Source of the DNA: an uncultured Gemmatimonadales bacterium | GTDB taxonomy: Bacteria > Gemmatimonadota > Gemmatimonadetes > Longimicrobiales > RSA9 | DNA: 64,000 bases | Direction: 5' to 3' | Assembly (NCBI GenBank): GCA_963798085.1 | Contig: CAWCRS010000001.1 | Location: 160,001-224,000 of the forward strand | Part shown: positions 40,603 to 49,948 of the stretch, in pieces | Layout: every line of letters begins with the position of its first letter | Numbering within the stretch: the first letter of the stretch is position 1 | The notes under the pieces: generated by a model | What the model saw: the letters and a program-made list of their open reading frames with translations, nothing else | Told to the model about the DNA's origin: nothing | Databases searched by the model: none | Position numbers and translations under genes: made by a program

Positions 40603-41466
40603 CTACGTGTCATTGCCATCCAGACCGGTGAGCTGCGAACTGACCTGCCAGCACGACTCGATCAGCGCGGTGTCGTAGCAGAAGGGCGCCGCCTTCGTCT
40701 CCCGCAGCTTGTCGTAGTAACGACCTGTTGCGCCCGCGGTTCCGGGGTCGGCCGCCAGGCGCACGACCGCGCGCGCTGCCTTCTCCGGCGAGTCGCGCAT
40801 CCACTGGAAGAGATGGAGCAGCCCGCCCAGCCAGTGGCCGCTGCTCGTCCAGATGCCGGTGGCGATCGAGCCGGGATGCAGCGCGCTGACCGTGACGCCT
40901 GTGCCGGCCAGTCGCTTCGCCAGTTCGAACGTGAACAGAACCTGCGCAGCCTTCGAGTCCGCGTACGCCCGCAGCGCGTTGTACTTGCCCTGGCCGCGGA
41001 AGATGTCCTGCAGCGGCTGGCGCTGCAGGCGGGCTACCACGTGCATGCCCGAAGAGACGTTGACCACTCGACCCTGTGCCTGGCGCAGCGGTTCGAGCAG
41101 CAGGCGAGTCAGCAGGAAATGGCTGAGATGATTGACTGCGACGGTCTGCTCGAAGCCATCGGCCGTAATGATGCGTTTGGCGGCGATGCTGCCCGCATTG
41201 TTGATGAGTGCATCAAGCCGGTCGTGGCGCGCCAGGAAAGCCTGCGCGGCGGCGCGTGTTTCCGCCAGCGAGTCGAGGTTCGCCAGCAGCAGCTCAGGTT
41301 CGCGGCCGCCGGCGCGGCGGATTTCCGTGCACACCGCCTCGCCGCGCTCGCGCGTCCGGCTGAGCAGCGCCACAGCCCAGCCCTGTTGCGCGAGCGCCAG
41401 CGCAGTGGCTCTGCCAATGCCGCTGGTGGCGCCGGTCACGAGCGCGCGTCGAGCCGTCGTGTTCAT
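40603..41466 (-). CDS. SDR-family oxidoreductase
   Basis: VTGATSGIG; LINNAG; VNHLSHF; YADSK catalytic YxxxK; LHPG. Confidence 0.92.
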   Translation of the reverse strand: MNTTARRALVTGATSGIGRATALALAQQGWAVALLSRTRERGEAVCTEIRRAGGREPELLLANLDSLAETRAAAQAFLARHDRLDALINNAGSIAAKRIITADGFEQTVAVNHLSHFLLTRLLLEPLRQAQGRVVNVSSGMHVVARLQRQPLQDIFRGQGKYNALRAYADSKAAQVLFTFELAKRLAGTGVTVSALHPGSIATGIWTSSGHWLGGLLHLFQWMRDSPEKAARAVVRLAADPGTAGATGRYYDKLRETKAAPFCYDTALIESCWQVSSQLTGLDGNDT

Positions 41467-42524
41467 GTCGCGTCAGCTTCAGTCTTCGCTGCGGCCTGTT
41501 GCAGCCGAGCCGCCGGCTTGCCGAATGGGGGCAGGACCACCCAAGCGGCGAACATGGCGCCGCTGATGGCCGAATACCATGCGGCCCGCGCGATCCACGC
41601 GGGATCGACGAGCCCATTGAGCGGACCCAGCGGCACCGGCGGCCTGCCGGGCGGTCCCACCGGCAGCATGGCCAGCGTCGTCGCGATCTGGACGGCGAGA
41701 CCCGCGATCACGCCGGCTCCCGCGCCTGCGGCAATGCGCGACGCAGTGCCGTGGATGCGCGGCACAATGGTGAGCACGGCGGCCGCAATCGCACCCAGCA
41801 TTGCGGCGTGCACTACGTACCCGCTGATGACCGTCAGGCTGAGGCCACCGGCGTAGACTGCATCGTAAACCCGCCCGAACAGGTAGCCGGCCGCTGCGCC
41901 CGGGACGGGCGGCCAGCGCCTGTTCCTCCGGCTCATGCGCAGTCCGAGTTCCAGTCCGAGCAGCACAGCCAGGAACGCCGCCCATTCTTCGACGTCGGGC
42001 TGAAACGTGTGCTTCGCCTGGACCACGACTTCCTCGAGCTGCGCAGCGCTGGGCCGCAGCGTGATGGCCACGTTGATCGTGCCAATGGGCCGGTTGGCAC
42101 GGTTCACGGGCAGCTGCTGCGGCTGCAGGTACGGCTGGAAACCGATTGCCCGCACGTCCAGCACGACGATCGCACTGTCCACATCGATGCTGAAGGATCC
42201 GCCGGCATCGGTGGTGGCGGTCCGGTCGCCGACCCGCGCCATGGCGCCCGCAACAGGACGGCCAGCGGTGTCCGTTACCTGACCCGTAATGCGACCGCGC
42301 ACGGCCTGCGAGTCCGGCGTGTAGGGCGAGCGCTGCCCCGACGGTGCCTGCTGCACCGGCGGCTTCTTGTCCTGCGATGTGTCGCTCGAGTCGGCCGCAC
42401 CTCGCGCCGCTGCCTGCAGCGGCACGCCCGCCGCCGTGGCTGGGGCCGCCAAACTCGCGATTAGCAGGAGCCCGATCCGGCCAGCCTGTCTGACCACGTT
42501 CCGGCGGCGTGCGTTTCTGCTCAT
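41463..42524 (-). CDS. Exported carboxypeptidase-regulatory-like domain fused to a multi-TM C-terminus
   Basis: Signal ..APATA; ITGQVTDTAGRPVAGA..TTDAGGSF..AIGFQP..LEEVVV; then 4-5 hydrophobic helices. Confidence 0.72.
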   Translation of the reverse strand: MSRNARRRNVVRQAGRIGLLLIASLAAPATAAGVPLQAAARGAADSSDTSQDKKPPVQQAPSGQRSPYTPDSQAVRGRITGQVTDTAGRPVAGAMARVGDRTATTDAGGSFSIDVDSAIVVLDVRAIGFQPYLQPQQLPVNRANRPIGTINVAITLRPSAAQLEEVVVQAKHTFQPDVEEWAAFLAVLLGLELGLRMSRRNRRWPPVPGAAAGYLFGRVYDAVYAGGLSLTVISGYVVHAAMLGAIAAAVLTIVPRIHGTASRIAAGAGAGVIAGLAVQIATTLAMLPVGPPGRPPVPLGPLNGLVDPAWIARAAWYSAISGAMFAAWVVLPPFGKPAARLQQAAAKTEADAT

Positions 42525-45500
42525 CCGATTGTCCAGTCCAGCAGCGCCAGGGCAAGGCCGGCCACGAACGCGAATACCAGCGCACGCAGAACGGTCCCCA
42601 GCAGATTGCTGCGAGGTGCAGCAATGTCCAGCAGCGACGATGCGCCTTCGATCTCGCCTGCGGATTCGGCCGGCGTCGTCGCATACCAGTGGAAGCCGAG
42701 GACGATCACCGAGATCACGAAGCCCGCGCTGGTAACGGCCATGCCAGCGCCGCGCAGCCCGTCGGTCTGTTCGATCGAGGCCGCCAGCACGTACTGCAGG
42801 GCTGCGCCCGCCAGTGCCAGTCCGGCGTGAAACCATGCGTGCATCAGGCGCGCCGCCCGACCGTAGAGTGCCTGCGCCGCCGCAATGGGCACGGAAACCG
42901 CCGCGACGGCAATCGGAATGGCGATCAGCAGTGTGGTGGATGCTTCGCCGCTGGCCAGCAGATTCGCCGCGAAGAAGAGTATGATGGCGATCAGGCTGAT
43001 CAGCTGCGCCGCCGCTGACCAGCGCATGAGCCCGCGCGCGCGGCGCCATGCGCGGTCTTGACGCTCGTACGCTGCTGGCGAGGCACCCGTTGCGCGGTAC
43101 CAGCGCAATCCCGCAACCGCAACACCCGCTGTGTACAGCTCACAGACGACGACGAGTGCTGCCGCCGGGAGTGACCACCTGTTCCTGTCAACGGCGTGGA
43201 TCGCGGTCCAGAGGGCAGGAATCTGTGCCAGAAGTGCCGTGATGGTGAGGCTGCCGAGCCAGGCCGCCGGTCGCAACCCGCCTGCGCGACCGGCCAGCAG
43301 GAGCGCGACCGTCAGCGGCACGGCCTGAGCACCCACGTACCAGGTCGCAATCAGAGCTGGGGCCCATGGGAAGGCGAGGAACGAATGGTCGTAGTGTATC
43401 CACACGGCAACGATCAGTAAGCCAGCCGCGTAGACCAGCAAAGTGCAGCCGGCAACGAGCATGAACCGGCGGGCCCAGACGCGCGCGTGCGCCTCCATGC
43501 CGCCGGGTACCGACACGTAGCCGCGCCGCCACGCGCGCAGCCACAGATAGCCACCCACCGTGACCATGTACGAGAGCGCCGCGGAACTGATGAGCGCCGC
43601 TGGCCCGGACCATGACCCGCTGGTGCCCCACCCGAAGATCAGCGTCAGCGCAATGGCACCGGTGCTGATGCCGCCGAACCAGCGGAGCGGCTGATTGGCA
43701 CCGGCCAGACCAACCGCAAACAGCATCGCGCTGAGCAGATACAGTACGATCAGCGACAGCACCTGCGCCGTCGTCTGCGGCAGACCGCCGAGTGTCAGGA
43801 TGAGCATCGACAGAAGGCGATCAATGGGCGCGACGGCCACGATCAGCCACAGTGGGAGGCTCGCCAGCAGCAGCACGCGCGCGGCGTTGCGCATGGTGCG
43901 CGCAGCCGGGTCGTCCGCTGCGCTCGCCGCGGCCTGTGTTTCGCCTGCACCTTCACCGGCGAGCACCGGCCTGACTCGCTTGTACCAGCCCGTGCTGCGC
44001 CGCACCAGCATGACAAGGAACCCGGCGGCGCCGAGCGTCAGCCCCACGCCGTAGCCGAGACTTCCGGTGACAAGGAACGCGAAACCGGCAATCAGCGCGT
44101 ACGCCGCAATGCTTGCGATCGGAAACAGGAAGCCCAGCGATACCAGTCCGCGTGTCTGCGTCGACCAGCCCAGCACGATGAGCGCCCCGCTCAGCGGCAG
44201 GACGTGCACCCCGGCCACGACGCCGAGCACAGTGGCGCCACCGACATGGATGACCGCCAGCAGTGTGGCCGCAGCCGGCAGCAGGCAGGCGACGAGACTG
44301 AGGAGAATCAGGCGCTGGCCAATGCGCAGCGTGCCCAGGCGGATCGCGGACGCGCGCACGCCACGCCACTGATTCCACGCGGGCAGCATGATCAGCACAC
44401 CGCCACCCGCGAGCACGAATTCCGCGACTTTGCGCCAGAGCGGTTCCGCGCCCGGCGACAGTCCCTCGGCAATCACGGTGAACAGCGCAATGCCGACGAA
44501 ATAGGCTGCGGCCGCGCGCACCAGCTTGTGTCGCACCACCTCGGCCAGGATGATCAGCGACACGCCCGTCGAATACATCATCGCGGCGGCCAGGAAATGC
44601 AGCACGGCGCTGTGACTGCCGACGCGATCCGCGAGAATCAGCAGCAGCCACGCCGTCGCTGCCGATCCGATCAGCAGGCGGGTCGCGTTGCGCAGCCGAC
44701 GGACCGCATCCTCGAGCACGCCGCCCGTCGGTCCCACCGCGGAGAAGAAGCGTTGCAGCAGCGGCGGCACCGGCACTGCGAGACGGTCCGACATGAAGGT
44801 CGCAAAGACATGCTCGCGCAGCGGACTGTCCTTCGATTCCCGCCGCCGGAGCATGCCGAAGATGCGCCGACCCAGCGCGGGCACGGGATTGTCCAGTGCG
44901 ATCTCGAGCACTTCCGCGTCGCCCGGCTCGTGCAGTGCGGACTCGAGCAGCGCATCCACCACGTTCTGGATGTCGGTGCGCTGGGCCGGTGTCAGATCCC
45001 GAATGAGCCGCGCGCGCAGCCAGCCCGGCATGCGACCCGTGCGGAACCAGGGCAGCCGGTTCAGCAGCGCGAGCCGTTCCTCGTTGAGCTGTGGTTGTCC
45101 GTCCTCATCATGGAGGTACCGACCCAGACGCAGCGTCAGCGGCCAGTGAAGCTCCGGATAGACGGCGCACGCGGTCAGCCACAGCAGTCCGGAAGCGCCG
45201 CCCAGGTACCAGCGCAGGTCCTGGATGAGGTCCTCGATCACCTTCGCGTCGGGCGGATGGTCATCCGTCCAGCGGTCGGCGCGCTCCGCCAGCAGGGGCG
45301 GCATGGGCCGCATGTTGTCGTCGACGCGCCCCCGCCATTGCTGCGCTGCGCCCGGGTTCGCGACGAGCGCATCGAGTCCGGCCTCGGTCGCGGGAAACAC
45401 GAGCATGCCGGTGCCCGTGAGCTTGTCCTCGCGCGGTCCCCAGTTCGCGGGATCTTCCGGCGTCAGCAGCGCGCGCAACGGCCAGCCATCGAGCTGGTCG

Positions 45501-46609
45501 GTCCAGCTCTCGAGATTGCCGGTGAAGGGGCTCAGCAGGGCATCGCCATCCGAGAAGATCATCAGCCTGCGGTACGGATAGCGCGATTCCAGCTCGTTCA
45601 GCGAAAGCGGACGCGCATTGCGGGGCGCGTAGCGCTCGTCCGGCACACAGACGCGCGGGTCGCGGGCAAAGTAGTAGCGGTGAATGAAAACACCGTGTTC
45701 GATGAGCCAGTCGATGAGGTCGTCGAAGAACCGTGCCTGGTGATCGCGATAGCTCAGACGATCTACCAGCACGAGGTACTCGGGCACTGTCAACTGCTGC
45801 GTGTCCACGCGGCGAAACTCTCCCGGGTCCTGCACCGTGCGCATCACGCTGGCCTCGATGTCCAGGAAAGCGGGGCCGAGACGGCGGTGCAGGCGGAAGT
45901 TCTGCGCCACGCGGAACATCAGTCGGCGATCGAACACCTGCGTTTCCTCGCCGCGCACCAGCAGCTTCGCTACCGGCGGTGTTTCGCGGGTGATGCGCCG
46001 CGCCAGGAACCGCCGGGCCGACAGATACTGCAGCAGCTGCTGCACCAGCAGCGCCAGGACCACGAGTGCGCCCAGCCACAGCATGATGTGCCGGTGCCGG
46101 GTCGCTTCCTCCGCCGGTGGCGTGACAACCGGAGTTGGAACCGGATTGGCCACAACCGTGTCGGGCGGCGGCGGAACTAACGTCTCATTATCATCCTTGT
46201 GCGGGATGAGCAGTGTGGCAGTGACGAGGAGCGCCGCGACCACCAGCGCGGCCACACCCCATTTCAGCCAGCGCGAGAGTCTGCCTGCACGGGAGAGGTC
46301 GCGCTGCAGCGTCTGCCGCGCTGGGCTCGGTACCGGCGAGGGCGCAGGCTGGAAGTGCAGTTCGCGGGTCTCGGACCAGCGCTGGAAGCGACGCTCGAAT
46401 TCGGCCTGCTGCTCGGGACTGTTGCAGAGGAGTGGTGCCAGGTAGGAACGCAGCCGCGCGGGCTCTTCCGGCAGCTCGCCGCGCGCGGCCAGCAGCAGGA
46501 TCAGGTTCTGTACATTGATGAACTGGCTGGTGCCGATGTTGTAGCCGTCGGCGCGCAGCGACTCGACGAAGTCGAGCAGCTCATCACTCAGCGCCTGCGC
46601 CGCCTTCAT
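42521..46609 (-). CDS. MoxR-associated vWA-type protein with large polytopic membrane C-terminus
   Basis: FVESLRADGYNIG N-terminal helix; TM hairpin; LDIEASV; EYLVLVDRLSYRDHQ; MIFSDG; WLTACAVYPELHW..LPWFRTGRMPGWLR; about 20 TM helices after residue 630. Confidence 0.78.
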   Translation of the reverse strand: MKAAQALSDELLDFVESLRADGYNIGTSQFINVQNLILLLAARGELPEEPARLRSYLAPLLCNSPEQQAEFERRFQRWSETRELHFQPAPSPVPSPARQTLQRDLSRAGRLSRWLKWGVAALVVAALLVTATLLIPHKDDNETLVPPPPDTVVANPVPTPVVTPPAEEATRHRHIMLWLGALVVLALLVQQLLQYLSARRFLARRITRETPPVAKLLVRGEETQVFDRRLMFRVAQNFRLHRRLGPAFLDIEASVMRTVQDPGEFRRVDTQQLTVPEYLVLVDRLSYRDHQARFFDDLIDWLIEHGVFIHRYYFARDPRVCVPDERYAPRNARPLSLNELESRYPYRRLMIFSDGDALLSPFTGNLESWTDQLDGWPLRALLTPEDPANWGPREDKLTGTGMLVFPATEAGLDALVANPGAAQQWRGRVDDNMRPMPPLLAERADRWTDDHPPDAKVIEDLIQDLRWYLGGASGLLWLTACAVYPELHWPLTLRLGRYLHDEDGQPQLNEERLALLNRLPWFRTGRMPGWLRARLIRDLTPAQRTDIQNVVDALLESALHEPGDAEVLEIALDNPVPALGRRIFGMLRRRESKDSPLREHVFATFMSDRLAVPVPPLLQRFFSAVGPTGGVLEDAVRRLRNATRLLIGSAATAWLLLILADRVGSHSAVLHFLAAAMMYSTGVSLIILAEVVRHKLVRAAAAYFVGIALFTVIAEGLSPGAEPLWRKVAEFVLAGGGVLIMLPAWNQWRGVRASAIRLGTLRIGQRLILLSLVACLLPAAATLLAVIHVGGATVLGVVAGVHVLPLSGALIVLGWSTQTRGLVSLGFLFPIASIAAYALIAGFAFLVTGSLGYGVGLTLGAAGFLVMLVRRSTGWYKRVRPVLAGEGAGETQAAASAADDPAARTMRNAARVLLLASLPLWLIVAVAPIDRLLSMLILTLGGLPQTTAQVLSLIVLYLLSAMLFAVGLAGANQPLRWFGGISTGAIALTLIFGWGTSGSWSGPAALISSAALSYMVTVGGYLWLRAWRRGYVSVPGGMEAHARVWARRFMLVAGCTLLVYAAGLLIVAVWIHYDHSFLAFPWAPALIATWYVGAQAVPLTVALLLAGRAGGLRPAAWLGSLTITALLAQIPALWTAIHAVDRNRWSLPAAALVVVCELYTAGVAVAGLRWYRATGASPAAYERQDRAWRRARGLMRWSAAAQLISLIAIILFFAANLLASGEASTTLLIAIPIAVAAVSVPIAAAQALYGRAARLMHAWFHAGLALAGAALQYVLAASIEQTDGLRGAGMAVTSAGFVISVIVLGFHWYATTPAESAGEIEGASSLLDIAAPRSNLLGTVLRALVFAFVAGLALALLDWTIG

Positions 46610-47603
46610 TCCGTCTGCGTGCCAGCCAGTTGCGCACGGCCAGGGCGGCGGACTCGAGATCGTCGCCGTTCTTGACCAGGGTCGCGAGCGTGCTCACGAT
46701 GCGGTCCGTGTCGAGAGCGCGCAGCGGGTTGTCCGCCGCCGGCGCCAGCCGGCGCAGCGTGACCAGCCAGTTGAGCAGCTCCGCCGTGGACGGCTTCTTC
46801 CGCACCTGGCTGCGATTCTGCCGCAGCTCGTAGAACAGCTCCAGTGCGTCACCCAGGAACGGCTCGTCGAGATCGACATCACCACTCAGGCGGGCGGTGA
46901 CGATCTCGATCATGCGCTCCTTCTCGGGGAACGGAATGTGGTAGTACGTGCAGCGGCGCAGGAACGCGTCCGGCAGGTGCTTCTCCGAATTGCTCGTGAT
47001 GATCAGCAGCGGCGGGCTGTCGCGGTCTGCTTCAATGCGCACGTTCTCCAGCTCGGGGATGCGGAAATACATGCCCTCCAGCTCGCTGAGCACGTCGTTG
47101 GGAAAGTCGCGCGGCGCCTTGTCGATCTCGTCGATCAGCACCAGCGAGCGCATGGGCTGCTCCGGCACCAGCGATGACGGCAGATACTTCGAGCTCAGCT
47201 CTCGTTCGCAGGTGCGCAGGATCGCCGTGCCCAGCGCATTGAACGTGATGTAGTCGAGCGCACTGGCACTGTGTTTGTCCTGGTGGTAGCGGCCCAGCGC
47301 ATCGTAGACGTAGAAGAGGTCCCTCGCCGTGCTGGTCGACTTGGTCTCGAACTTCAGCGGCAGCCCGAACCCCAGCTCCCACGCCACGCTGTACGCCAGC
47401 TGCGTCTTGCCCGTGCCCGGCTCGCCCGTCAGCAGCAGCGGCTGGTTGAGCAGCAGCGCGACATTCACGGCATCGCGTAACCCCGCGTCAGGCACGTAGC
47501 GGTCCGGCCGCGTGTCCCATGCACGCCGCGAGCGCGGCAGTGCCGCATAGCCGTCGGACACGGGCTCCTGCCGCGTGCCGAGATAGAACGGGAACTCCAG
47601 CAT
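46584..47603 (-). CDS. MoxR-family AAA+ ATPase
   Basis: AVNVALLLNQPLLLTGEPGTGKT (Walker A); YDALGR; VLIDEIDKAPRDFPND (Walker B); ITSNSEKHLPDAFLRRC; KKPSTAELLNW. Confidence 0.93.
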   Translation of the reverse strand: MLEFPFYLGTRQEPVSDGYAALPRSRRAWDTRPDRYVPDAGLRDAVNVALLLNQPLLLTGEPGTGKTQLAYSVAWELGFGLPLKFETKSTSTARDLFYVYDALGRYHQDKHSASALDYITFNALGTAILRTCERELSSKYLPSSLVPEQPMRSLVLIDEIDKAPRDFPNDVLSELEGMYFRIPELENVRIEADRDSPPLLIITSNSEKHLPDAFLRRCTYYHIPFPEKERMIEIVTARLSGDVDLDEPFLGDALELFYELRQNRSQVRKKPSTAELLNWLVTLRRLAPAADNPLRALDTDRIVSTLATLVKNGDDLESAALAVRNWLARRRNEGGAGAE

Positions 47604-47619
47604 TTTGGATCCTCGCCGA

Positions 47620-48927
47620 TCAGGCCCTGATTTCCTTCAGGATGGTCTCGAGATGGCCCGCCAGCGGGTCCATCGAGATGCGTTTGGCGTCGTTCACGAC
47701 CTGCGGATTCTCGTAGAGCCGGCGGATGCGCGTGCGCACGTCGATCGCACGGCCGCCGACGAAGTCGCTGACATCATCGAGATCCGCCCACAGCTCCGCA
47801 TCCTCGAGCCGCACATCCGGCAGCTCGCGCGCGATCAGCATGCGTGTGTTGGGAAACAGCTTCTCGCAGACCGCGATCAGGCCGTGCTGCTCGAGCAGCT
47901 CACGCACCGCGCCGGCAAGACGGGACTCGCCGCCCAACCAGCGTGCAAGCAGACCCTGCCGGCCACTCACGGGATAGCGTATGCAGAGGAATGCGAACAG
48001 CGGCTCGCCAGCGCTGCGCCTGGGCCAGTCGTTCCAGAATTTCACGAAATTCTGAATCGACTGGCGAGGTCCCGCCTTCAGGTCCTCCGGCTCGACATAG
48101 GTGTGCACGAGCACGGGCCCCTGATGCGCATCCAGCTCGGCCGCAATGGTCTCCATGTCGGAGACACGCTTCAGCGCGCGCTCCGAGATACGCGCCATCA
48201 TCTGCGCGGCGAACTGTGCGGCGTCCGTAATGCGCTCCGGCCACGATACCGGGATGTCACGTACAGGCTTGAGACCGCTGCTGGCAAACGCCGCGGGCAG
48301 CGAGTACCTCGCCAGCACATCGACCAGCTCGCGATGACACTCCGAGCGGTTGCCGTGCACGATGCACACGACATTGCGCGTGTCGTGCGACGACCACACC
48401 TCCTGCGCCTCGCCCTGCACCAGCCCGATCTGCTCGCTGCGGTCACAGCGATACGCGAGCAGCGGCGGGATCGCACGGTGACGCTGGTCCCGGATCTTGC
48501 TCGTCTGCCAGTTCGCGACCGCCTTGCGCACCTCCGTGCTCAGCTCCTCGATCGTGGTGAAACGCTTGATCGTGCGGCCCGCTTCGACGTTGCCAATGCG
48601 ACTCAGGAAATCCGCCAGACGCGCGTCCCGGTCCTCCACATCGACGAACTTCTCGAAGATCAGACAGTCCTTCTGCCCGGCTACCGCCTGCTCGTACTCG
48701 TCGATCGTGTACTGGCCGTACTGCCGCCAGAAGATGCCGATGTACAGATCAGACGACGAAAGCTCGTTCAGGTAGACCTTGCGTCCTTCGACCGTCTGTG
48801 CACCCGCATCCTCCTCGAACAGCCAGGGCTCCACCTCCAGCGTGCGCAAGGCGGACTGCGCCGCCTTGCGCTCGTCGCGCAACTCGGCCATGCCGGAGCT
48901 GATGAAGACCTTGAGACGGACACTCAT
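47620..48927 (-). CDS. DUF4062 (TIR-like) domain fused to a probable inactive STAND (iSTAND) domain
   Basis: KVFISS..LRDER..SDLYIGI..YG..TIDEYEQA; C-terminal LLAYRCDRSEQ..CIVHG..CH..FWNDWP..LPDV..W, no intact Walker A. Confidence 0.75.
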   Translation of the reverse strand: MSVRLKVFISSGMAELRDERKAAQSALRTLEVEPWLFEEDAGAQTVEGRKVYLNELSSSDLYIGIFWRQYGQYTIDEYEQAVAGQKDCLIFEKFVDVEDRDARLADFLSRIGNVEAGRTIKRFTTIEELSTEVRKAVANWQTSKIRDQRHRAIPPLLAYRCDRSEQIGLVQGEAQEVWSSHDTRNVVCIVHGNRSECHRELVDVLARYSLPAAFASSGLKPVRDIPVSWPERITDAAQFAAQMMARISERALKRVSDMETIAAELDAHQGPVLVHTYVEPEDLKAGPRQSIQNFVKFWNDWPRRSAGEPLFAFLCIRYPVSGRQGLLARWLGGESRLAGAVRELLEQHGLIAVCEKLFPNTRMLIARELPDVRLEDAELWADLDDVSDFVGGRAIDVRTRIRRLYENPQVVNDAKRISMDPLAGHLETILKEIRA

Positions 48928-48973
48928 TCTTTTCGCTGGCGCTTCTGCTAAAGGATCGTTAGAGGCATTGCCG

Positions 48974-49141
48974 GGGCTGGGGCTGGGAACTCATGGCTGC
49001 CTCGGGTCTCCGTCGCGCGGGATGCAGCACGGTGGCCTCTGTTTTTCCTGCGCACTCACGCAGCACGACAGGTCAGACCGGACGGCGCGCCGGCTCCGGA
49101 CCGCCACGACCCGACCCGCCGTGTGTTCCCAGCCCCAGCCC
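48974..49141. repeat. 17-bp perfect inverted repeat upstream of the DUF4062 operon
   Basis: gggctggggctgggaac (48974-48990) and gttcccagccccagccc (49125-49141), followed by further cagccc/gagccc units. Confidence 0.75.
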
Positions 49142-49399
49142 GAGCCCCAGCCCGATTTCAAAAAGAAGCGGACGGGCGTCGTCGCCTGAAACGCCTCCGG
49201 AAGCTGCCTGTCGAAGGGTGCCGCGATCCCCGGCGAGGCGCGGGACGGGAGGCGATCCGGGCCCGCCGGGTGGCTGACGCTGCACCCTCGGGCGCGCTGC
49301 GTCAAGGCAACGCGCGCTCTGGACGTGCCCTGGCCGCATCCTGCACGCGACGGGACGCCCTCGTGGGCCGCGCGTGCCTGCAGCGCTGCGCCGCCGCGC

Positions 49400-49894
49400 T
49401 CACTTCGGCGGCCACGCGCCGAGGAGATGGCGCACGTCCACGATCTGGGCCGTGTGATACGCGTTGTGCACCAGCGCGACGAGCACCGTGCGCAGGTACG
49501 TCTGGCCGGTGCCATGCGGGATGCGCTGCGTCAGGTCGCCGCGGTACTTCGCGGTGAACTGCGCGATCGCTTGTGTATCACGACTGATCTGAGCGAGGCT
49601 CGCGCTCCATTGCCGTGCGGTGGGCTTCGCGCCGGGGCGAGGCCAGTAGTCGTCCGGCCACTTCAGCTTTTCTTCGTACTTCGGATTCGTCAGGAAGTCG
49701 AGCAGGTCCTGCTGCGCGAGCCGGATGTGCTCGACCAGGTCCCACAGCGAATGGTCGAGCCCCTGCGGGCGCACCGCACGCAACGTCGCGGGCAGGCCCT
49801 GCAGCGCGTGCTCGAGCGATACGTGGGCCTGCTCCCAGTCCAGTGACGAGGCGATGATCGCCTTCCACTCGCCGGGTTTCGTTTTCGTGGCCAT
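49400..49894 (-). CDS. DinB-family protein
   Basis: AH..HSLWDLVEHIRLAQ..HNAYHTAQI. Confidence 0.85.
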   Translation of the reverse strand: MATKTKPGEWKAIIASSLDWEQAHVSLEHALQGLPATLRAVRPQGLDHSLWDLVEHIRLAQQDLLDFLTNPKYEEKLKWPDDYWPRPGAKPTARQWSASLAQISRDTQAIAQFTAKYRGDLTQRIPHGTGQTYLRTVLVALVHNAYHTAQIVDVRHLLGAWPPK

Positions 49895-49948
49895 TGCGCC
49901 TTTCCCCACGGTTGCGGCGCCCGGCACGCGCCCGGGCGCCCGGAGTAA

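Noticed and set aside
32688..48927. A single contiguous defence island joining the SIR2 gene and the MoxR operon
   Set aside because: They are separated by about 7 kb of ordinary metabolic and signalling genes, with no integrase, att sites or compositional shift
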